A stretch of 64,000 bases of DNA. Origin: a bacterium. Its GTDB lineage: Bacteria > UBP6 > UBA1177. Position 1 is the first letter of the stretch, and each line of letters opens with the position of its first letter. Location: contig JAGCXM010000005.1 in the NCBI GenBank assembly GCA_017961325.1, positions 16,052-80,051 of the forward strand, given 5' to 3'. A program made the position numbers and the translations under genes. This document shows positions 58,660 to 64,000 of this stretch, piece after piece. The notes beneath the pieces are model-generated. The model did not search any database. It saw nothing but the letters and a program-made list of their open reading frames with translations, and had not been told where the DNA came from.

Positions 58660-60560
58660 TAATTCATCCAGTTTTTGACGTCGTTGAAGAATTTTTCAGG
58701 CTGATTTACCGAAACGCTGTGGGAGCTTTCGGGATAGAACGGGAAGGTTACGGTCGCAGACTGCCCGTCCTTGAAATGAACGGTGAACGATTCTTCACCG
58801 GTCTCAACGCTTGAAACGCTGTTGAACTTTTTAGCAGCTTCGGGAGTTGCTTCCGCATAAAGAATAATGTCTTCTTCCGCCTTGGTGATGAAAGTTTTTG
58901 CGGTTCTTATGTTTTCGAGGAACATTTCGCCGTTGACATCATCGTAAGGATCGACTGAAGCATTGTAAAATGTTGAAAGTACAGTGTCGTTGGTATCGAC
59001 ATAGTATTCATCGTAACTCGGAAGAGTACCGAAAACGCTCTCCAGGTCGCCGCTTGAAAGCGGATGCACGTTGCGCTGCTCAATGCGTGCATTCAAAATG
59101 ATCTTTATGCTTTCGGGAACATTTTCGAGTTTGTCCAAGTCTGCAATGTTTCTGGAATATCCGTTTCCGCTCGCGTATCTGAAAGCACCGGTTCTGTTTG
59201 CCGCGTAAAGGGCGTCGATTTTGGCCGGATCATTCATTATGAACTGTTTGAACATCGTGAACTGAAGCATTTTCGCGATTCCGTAGTCGGTGTAGTCGAA
59301 AAGCCAGTTGTATTCTCTGCGGTAGGAATAGATGTCGCGTCCGGCGTTTCGTACGTAATTTACCGCTCTGTTGTATTTGTCGCAGTTCCACGAAGAACCG
59401 CAGGGCGTATATTTTTTGCCTGTTTCCTGCTGAATTTCATAAAGCGGGCTGCCGCTTTTTTCAAGGACTTCACCGACTGCATCAAGCTGCTGCTGCCCCA
59501 TGGCGAGCGGCTGGATCATGATCTGTCTGCCGAACTGTTTTGCAACCGCTTCTTTCGATGGCATTCCGCTGACCGACTGATCGATTCCCTGAAAGTGGGC
59601 GGCAATCTCGTTGAAAAGCGCCTGATCGTAGAAAACCCTGTTTTTCTGAGCATAGTCGGCTACATTAAGCAGAATGTTGAGCACCGCAGTCGTTCTTGTT
59701 CCGCCGTAGCTCTCGCCTGCAAGGATAACAGGATTCGACTTTATCTGCGGATGGGCTTCCAGAAAGCGGAGAATTACGCGGATGAAGTCCGCCGCATCTA
59801 CGAAAACGTTGAAATTCGCGGTCGAGAAATAGTTGGAACGGGCACTTCTGTTGGAAGGATTGTCAACTATGCCGTAGGAAAATCCCGTTTGTCTCGCATC
59901 GATGTAAAGAAGGTTGCCGAGCTTGTTCCAGTTCCACTGGTTGTCAGCAACACCTTCACCGGCGAATGCCTGATCCGCCGTTTTTTTGGAAGTGTTGTAA
60001 AGAAAAATAAGCGAAGAAGAGGAACCTGGACCGCCGTTGTACAGAACGAAAAGCGGTTTACTCTCAGGATTTTCGTCCGCAGGCTGGAAGTCGTACCACA
60101 TTTTAGCCCGGCCGCTGTTTGTGCTGCTGTTGCTGAGAGTATAGCTGTTTTCCTCCAGATCGATGAAACCCGATTCATAGTCGAGACCTTCGACAATAAC
60201 GACGGGATCGTCATCCGGTGCGGTATCAGCGTCATTGTTGTTGTCGTCAATCTCTTCCGAATCATTGTCATGTGTCTGAGTGTCAGACGTGTCGTCATCA
60301 GTTTTAGCATCTTCATCATTTGAATCGGCATCATCGGCAGGATCAGATGAATCTCCGTCGTTTATTACAGTGTCGGTAAAATCATCGTCACTGTGCGTTT
60401 TGTCGTCATCACTCTGCGTGGTCGTGTCAGTTTCGTCAGAATCATCAATGAAATCAGCATCTTCATTCGTGCTGCCATGATTGACCATTTTTGAACCGTT
60501 ATCACATGAAACAAGGAAAAATGCACATGAAAAAGCTAAGACGACAAAAAATTTCTTCAT
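58659..60560 (-). CDS. S10 family serine carboxypeptidase lipoprotein
   Basis: Lipobox LVSC; D/T stalk; YNGGPGSSS, LLYIDA.QTGFSY, nucleophile AGESYGG, C-terminal SSH. Confidence 0.88.
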   Translation of the reverse strand: MKKFFVVLAFSCAFFLVSCDNGSKMVNHGSTNEDADFIDDSDETDTTTQSDDDKTHSDDDFTDTVINDGDSSDPADDADSNDEDAKTDDDTSDTQTHDNDSEEIDDNNNDADTAPDDDPVVIVEGLDYESGFIDLEENSYTLSNSSTNSGRAKMWYDFQPADENPESKPLFVLYNGGPGSSSSLIFLYNTSKKTADQAFAGEGVADNQWNWNKLGNLLYIDARQTGFSYGIVDNPSNRSARSNYFSTANFNVFVDAADFIRVILRFLEAHPQIKSNPVILAGESYGGTRTTAVLNILLNVADYAQKNRVFYDQALFNEIAAHFQGIDQSVSGMPSKEAVAKQFGRQIMIQPLAMGQQQLDAVGEVLEKSGSPLYEIQQETGKKYTPCGSSWNCDKYNRAVNYVRNAGRDIYSYRREYNWLFDYTDYGIAKMLQFTMFKQFIMNDPAKIDALYAANRTGAFRYASGNGYSRNIADLDKLENVPESIKIILNARIEQRNVHPLSSGDLESVFGTLPSYDEYYVDTNDTVLSTFYNASVDPYDDVNGEMFLENIRTAKTFITKAEEDIILYAEATPEAAKKFNSVSSVETGEESFTVHFKDGQSATVTFPFYPESSHSVSVNQPEKFFNDVKNWMN

Positions 60561-60677
60561 TTTTATCTCCTGAAAAAAACTACATACTCACAAATCTGAA
60601 TTAGCAGAAAACGGGAGATTTTAAGTGCTTTTGGGAAAAGGGCAAGATTTTAGCTGATAATATGTAGGCTTTGATTC

Positions 60678-62210
60678 CTACTTTTCCGGTTTCATCGTCG
60701 GGAAAAGAATGACGTCGCGGATGCTCGGCGAATTGGTCAAAAGCATGACAAGTCTGTCGATGCCGATTCCCTGTCCTGCTGCCGGCGGCATTCCGTATTC
60801 AAGAGCGCGGATGTAGTCGCTGTCCATGTCGATCGTTTCGTCGTCGCCTGCTTTCTTAGCTTCGACCTGAGCTGCGAATGAGTCATACTGCTGTTTCGGG
60901 TCGTTGAGTTCGCTGAACGCGTTGGAAAGCTCTCTTCCTGCTACGAAAAGTTCGAATCTGTCGGTGTATTCCTGATTTTCGTCGTTTCTGCGGGCGAGCG
61001 GGCTCACTTCGGTCGGATATTTCGTGATGAAAGTGGGCTGAATGAGGTTTCCTTCGACGAAATTGTCAAAGAATTCCATGATGATTTTGTAGCGTGACAT
61101 TCCTTCAAGCGCTGCCTTGTCGAGACCGTTTTTAACGCCGATCTCAATGAGTTTTTCTCTGTCTTTGAGATCTTCTTCGGTGCAGACGCCTGATTTTACT
61201 ATACTTTCTTCGACCGTCATTCTGTTCCACGGAGCTTTGAAATCGATCTTCATGCCGTCGTATTCGACTTCTGTCGTTCCGTTTATCTCGACGCAGAGCC
61301 TGCTTATCATCTCCTGGGTGAAGCGGATCTGGTCTTCGTAAGTCGCATACGGCCAGTAGAACTCCATCATCGTGAATTCGGGATTGTGCTTGAGGTCCAT
61401 TCCCTCATTCCTGAAGCTGCGGTTGATCTCGTAAACTTTTCCCAATCCGCCGACAAGAAGCCTTTTGAGGTAGCACTCGGGAGCTATTCTCATGTAAAGC
61501 GGGATGTCGAGCGCGTTGTGGTGGGTGATGAAAGGTTTTGCAGCAGCGCCGCTTACCAAGGGGTGCATCATCGGAGTCTCGACTTCCATGAAACCCGCGT
61601 TGTTCATGTAGTTTCTGATGAAATTGATGATTTTCACTCTCTTTTTGAAAGTCTCTCTGACATCGTCATTCATAATGAGGTCAAGGTAACGCTGCCTGTA
61701 GCGGAGCTCTTTATCGGTAAGTCCGTGAAATTTCTCGGGAAGCGGTCTGATATTTTTTGTGAGGAGCTCAGTTTTGTGAGCCAAGATCGAGTATTCGCCT
61801 GTTCTCGTAACGAAAACTTCGCCTTTTACCCAGACTATATCGCCGACATCGAACGCCTTTTTGAATTTCGCGAAGTCTTCACCAAGAAAATCTTTCGCAA
61901 AAAGTATCTGTATCGAACCTGTCTCGTCCTTGAGGTTTGCAAAAGCAAGTTTTCCCATGATGCGCAGGAACATGATCCTGCCTGCAACTGCGAATTCAAG
62001 CGGCTTTCCGGTCTGCTCAAGCTCTTCTTTGGTCTGTGTCTTGCAGTATTCGATTACCTTTTCAACAGTGGAATCGGGAGCGAAAGTGTTCGCATAAGGA
62101 TGGATCCCTTCAGCTCTCAGTGTATTTACTTTCTCTTTTTTGCGGGCGATGATCTCGTTTTCGTCCATCTGCGGAACCGTTTTCTGTTCCTGTGCTTTGT
62201 TTTCAGCCAT
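60678..62210 (-). CDS. lysS: lysine--tRNA ligase (class II)
   Basis: LPEKFHGLTDKELRYRQRYLDL, FRNEG..HNPEFTMME, SPLAR, ALEYGMPPAAG.GIGIDR. Confidence 0.97.
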   Translation of the reverse strand: MAENKAQEQKTVPQMDENEIIARKKEKVNTLRAEGIHPYANTFAPDSTVEKVIEYCKTQTKEELEQTGKPLEFAVAGRIMFLRIMGKLAFANLKDETGSIQILFAKDFLGEDFAKFKKAFDVGDIVWVKGEVFVTRTGEYSILAHKTELLTKNIRPLPEKFHGLTDKELRYRQRYLDLIMNDDVRETFKKRVKIINFIRNYMNNAGFMEVETPMMHPLVSGAAAKPFITHHNALDIPLYMRIAPECYLKRLLVGGLGKVYEINRSFRNEGMDLKHNPEFTMMEFYWPYATYEDQIRFTQEMISRLCVEINGTTEVEYDGMKIDFKAPWNRMTVEESIVKSGVCTEEDLKDREKLIEIGVKNGLDKAALEGMSRYKIIMEFFDNFVEGNLIQPTFITKYPTEVSPLARRNDENQEYTDRFELFVAGRELSNAFSELNDPKQQYDSFAAQVEAKKAGDDETIDMDSDYIRALEYGMPPAAGQGIGIDRLVMLLTNSPSIRDVILFPTMKPEK

Positions 62211-62250
62211 TTTTTCCTCCATTAAGCCTCTGCTCTTCAAAAGCCGCGGC

Positions 62251-62278
62251 ATTTTAAGGATTTTTAGAAAAAATGCAA
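62251..62278 (-). promoter_or_regulatory. sigma70-like promoter of lysS (TTGCAT-N16-TAAAAT)
   Basis: Directly upstream of the lysS RBS. Confidence 0.55.
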
Positions 62279-62318
62279 GAGTTCAGGCTATCAGTTTTCG
62301 AGTTAAATTCGTGGGTTT

Positions 62319-62732
62319 TCAAAGTTTTTTCAGAGCTTCACCAATACTGATTGCCGGAATTTTAGAGTTTTTGAAATCTTTGAGATTTTCGGTAACGATG
62401 TAATCAAGATCAGCATTCTCAGCACATTTCATCTGTAATCCGTCTTCGAGATCGAAAAATGCCGGATCGTTAAGAACTTCAAAAAAATCTTCCTGATCTT
62501 CAGCAATTACTTGAAAGTTTGAAACTATCAAAAGTAAAAACTCTCTTCTGTCTGCAACCGAAAAAAACTTTCTCGTGATATAAAAAATATCTGTCAGCGA
62601 GTGTGCGGAAACAAAACCGTTAAGTTTTTTGGCAAGACACTTTTTTACAAGCAGCGAAGCTTTCTCGTGAAACGGATTATTCGGCGTGAGATAATAAAGA
62701 ATAATATTCGTATCAACAAAGATATTCTTCAT
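62319..62732 (-). CDS. PIN domain (VapC-like) toxin
   Basis: IFVDTNIIL, DIFYI, DLEDGLQ, IVTENLKDF. Confidence 0.9.
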   Translation of the reverse strand: MKNIFVDTNIILYYLTPNNPFHEKASLLVKKCLAKKLNGFVSAHSLTDIFYITRKFFSVADRREFLLLIVSNFQVIAEDQEDFFEVLNDPAFFDLEDGLQMKCAENADLDYIVTENLKDFKNSKIPAISIGEALKKL

Positions 62733-62971
62733 ACCCCATACCTCTCGTCAAGGTATTCAAGATATTCCTGCCGTGCATCGATCTGTTTGTCACTTTTGAT
62801 GCAACCATTGAATTTTTCGAACAACCTCATCGTTTCTTCTTTAGACATTCCGCCTTTTTCTTCATGCTTGTTTTCATTCATGTTTCCGAGCGAAACAACT
62901 AAATTGTAGATTATCGTCTGCTGCTCTGTAGTTAGTGCACTCAACGCTTTTTCGAAAACCTCGAAGCTCAT
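62729..62971 (-). CDS. putative antitoxin
   Basis: Small ORF with GGAGGTG RBS, overlapping the PIN start (ATGA); ends EYLEYLDERYG. Confidence 0.75.
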   Translation of the reverse strand: MSFEVFEKALSALTTEQQTIIYNLVVSLGNMNENKHEEKGGMSKEETMRLFEKFNGCIKSDKQIDARQEYLEYLDERYGV

Positions 62972-63097
62972 TTTCACCTCCATTCCGTAAAAACCAGTAT
63001 ATTATAGTCAAATTTTGGAAAAATGCGAGAGGAAATTATAGAAATTGATGATGCGAATTTACCACAGCACTGCGATGAGTCCGGTGAACATCGAATT

Positions 63098-64000
63098 TTA
63101 TTCAGCGTTTCTGACGCAACGATAATAGAACTTAATATTTATTACTGAAATTACATTATTGATGTCTGTTATCTGACCTTTACTGAAGTCCACGACATAA
63201 TTATGTTCATTATCAGGTTGTTTGGAAATTGAATAAAGCCACTTGTTGTCTCCCAGTTTACTGTATTTACCATTAAGATCTTGATCGCAACCATTACAAC
63301 TCTCATCTCTGCATTCATCCCAAGACAAACACTCGTTGTTAACACCGCAGGTCCCGCCTGTTTTGGTACTGTCACAATTTTGAATCAATGTTCTAAGTTC
63401 ACCAATTGTCGGCAATCTCCAATCATTGAAACCCCCATCAGTCACTGTGCTACATGCTGAAGTCTCATTAAAAACTGTCGACTTTTCCTGAAAAGACGAC
63501 CACATTAACGGATCGTTATCCATATTATAAAGACAGGCTGAATTATTGCTCCAGACATAATTTTCTTCACATTTAAACCGACATTGATTGGTGCTTGGAT
63601 CTTCATTGTATGAACCTTCATTTAGCGGAATCCAAGTACTGAGATAGTCATCCCATTTCTGAATTATTTCAGAAACACTGTTCCACTCTGCGTTGTTTGG
63701 TAAACCAACACATGCAACAGTTTGAGTTTGAACTGTTCCGCAATTATTGCCGTTCCAATAGTAATCCTGATTACATTCACATCGATAGGTATTGCCAAAA
63801 ACAATACAAATTTCAGGCGAATTTGTGATATTAAGACAAGGGTTCGGTTCGCATGGATTTGGCAATTCTGTATCCGCGTCATTGTCTGGAATTGAATCAC
63901 TCGAATCGTTGTCAGAATCTGTTACATTTTCATCATCACCGGAATCAGACAAATCCGCATCATTAATAGAATCATCATCGGATGTTGAGTCAGAAACGTC
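63098..64000 (-). CDS. DUF1566 (Lcl C-terminal, C-type-lectin-like) protein with EGF-like module and acidic stalk, 5'-truncated
   Basis: Frame is open to the window edge; NPCEPNPC...YRCEC; LMWS, GGFNDWRLPTIGELRTL, VDF..G, YRCVR. Confidence 0.88.
   Translation of the reverse strand, partial: DVSDSTSDDDSINDADLSDSGDDENVTDSDNDSSDSIPDNDADTELPNPCEPNPCLNITNSPEICIVFGNTYRCECNQDYYWNGNNCGTVQTQTVACVGLPNNAEWNSVSEIIQKWDDYLSTWIPLNEGSYNEDPSTNQCRFKCEENYVWSNNSACLYNMDNDPLMWSSFQEKSTVFNETSACSTVTDGGFNDWRLPTIGELRTLIQNCDSTKTGGTCGVNNECLSWDECRDESCNGCDQDLNGKYSKLGDNKWLYSISKQPDNEHNYVVDFSKGQITDINNVISVINIKFYYRCVRNAE

Noticed and set aside
59064-60323. 419-aa ORF antisense to the S10 peptidase
   Set aside because: Val/Ile-rich complement of Asp/Asn codons; no independent coding evidence.

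Overview
Bacterial chromosomal window, mostly housekeeping genes: smpB, yraN, rsmI, a UvrD/PcrA helicase, coaBC, coaD, surA, khpA, rarA, nadK, hslO-like, aspS, ridA, nadD, dapF, prmA, suhB, ygfA-rny-ymdB and lysS. These are interleaved with many Cys-rich, acidic-stalked lipoproteins and domain types typical of Myxococcota/deltaproteobacteria (AgmX/PglI C-terminal domain, zinc-ribbon/GYF/TPR, PEGA, Ser/Thr kinase, MopE-type repeats, choice-of-anchor L-like, alpha-2-macroglobulin, S10 peptidase, DUF1566). The lineage is an inference from domain content. The left edge holds a GmrSD-type (DUF262/DUF1524) nuclease followed by a frameshifted 3' remnant of hutI, a likely island junction. The right edge holds a PIN toxin-antitoxin pair and a partial DUF1566 gene. 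Main observations: (1) most recognisable sigma70-like promoters have a 16-bp rather than 17-bp spacer; (2) three tandem surface-lipoprotein paralogs form a mosaic array; (3) GltJ/AgmX-like modules are split across separate genes; (4) a Y-shaped REP-like element forms the whole ridA leader; (5) an unannotated transcription unit carries two overlapping small ORFs. I saw no rRNA, tRNA, CRISPR array, transposase or integrase. All family calls come from motif recognition by eye, not database searches.
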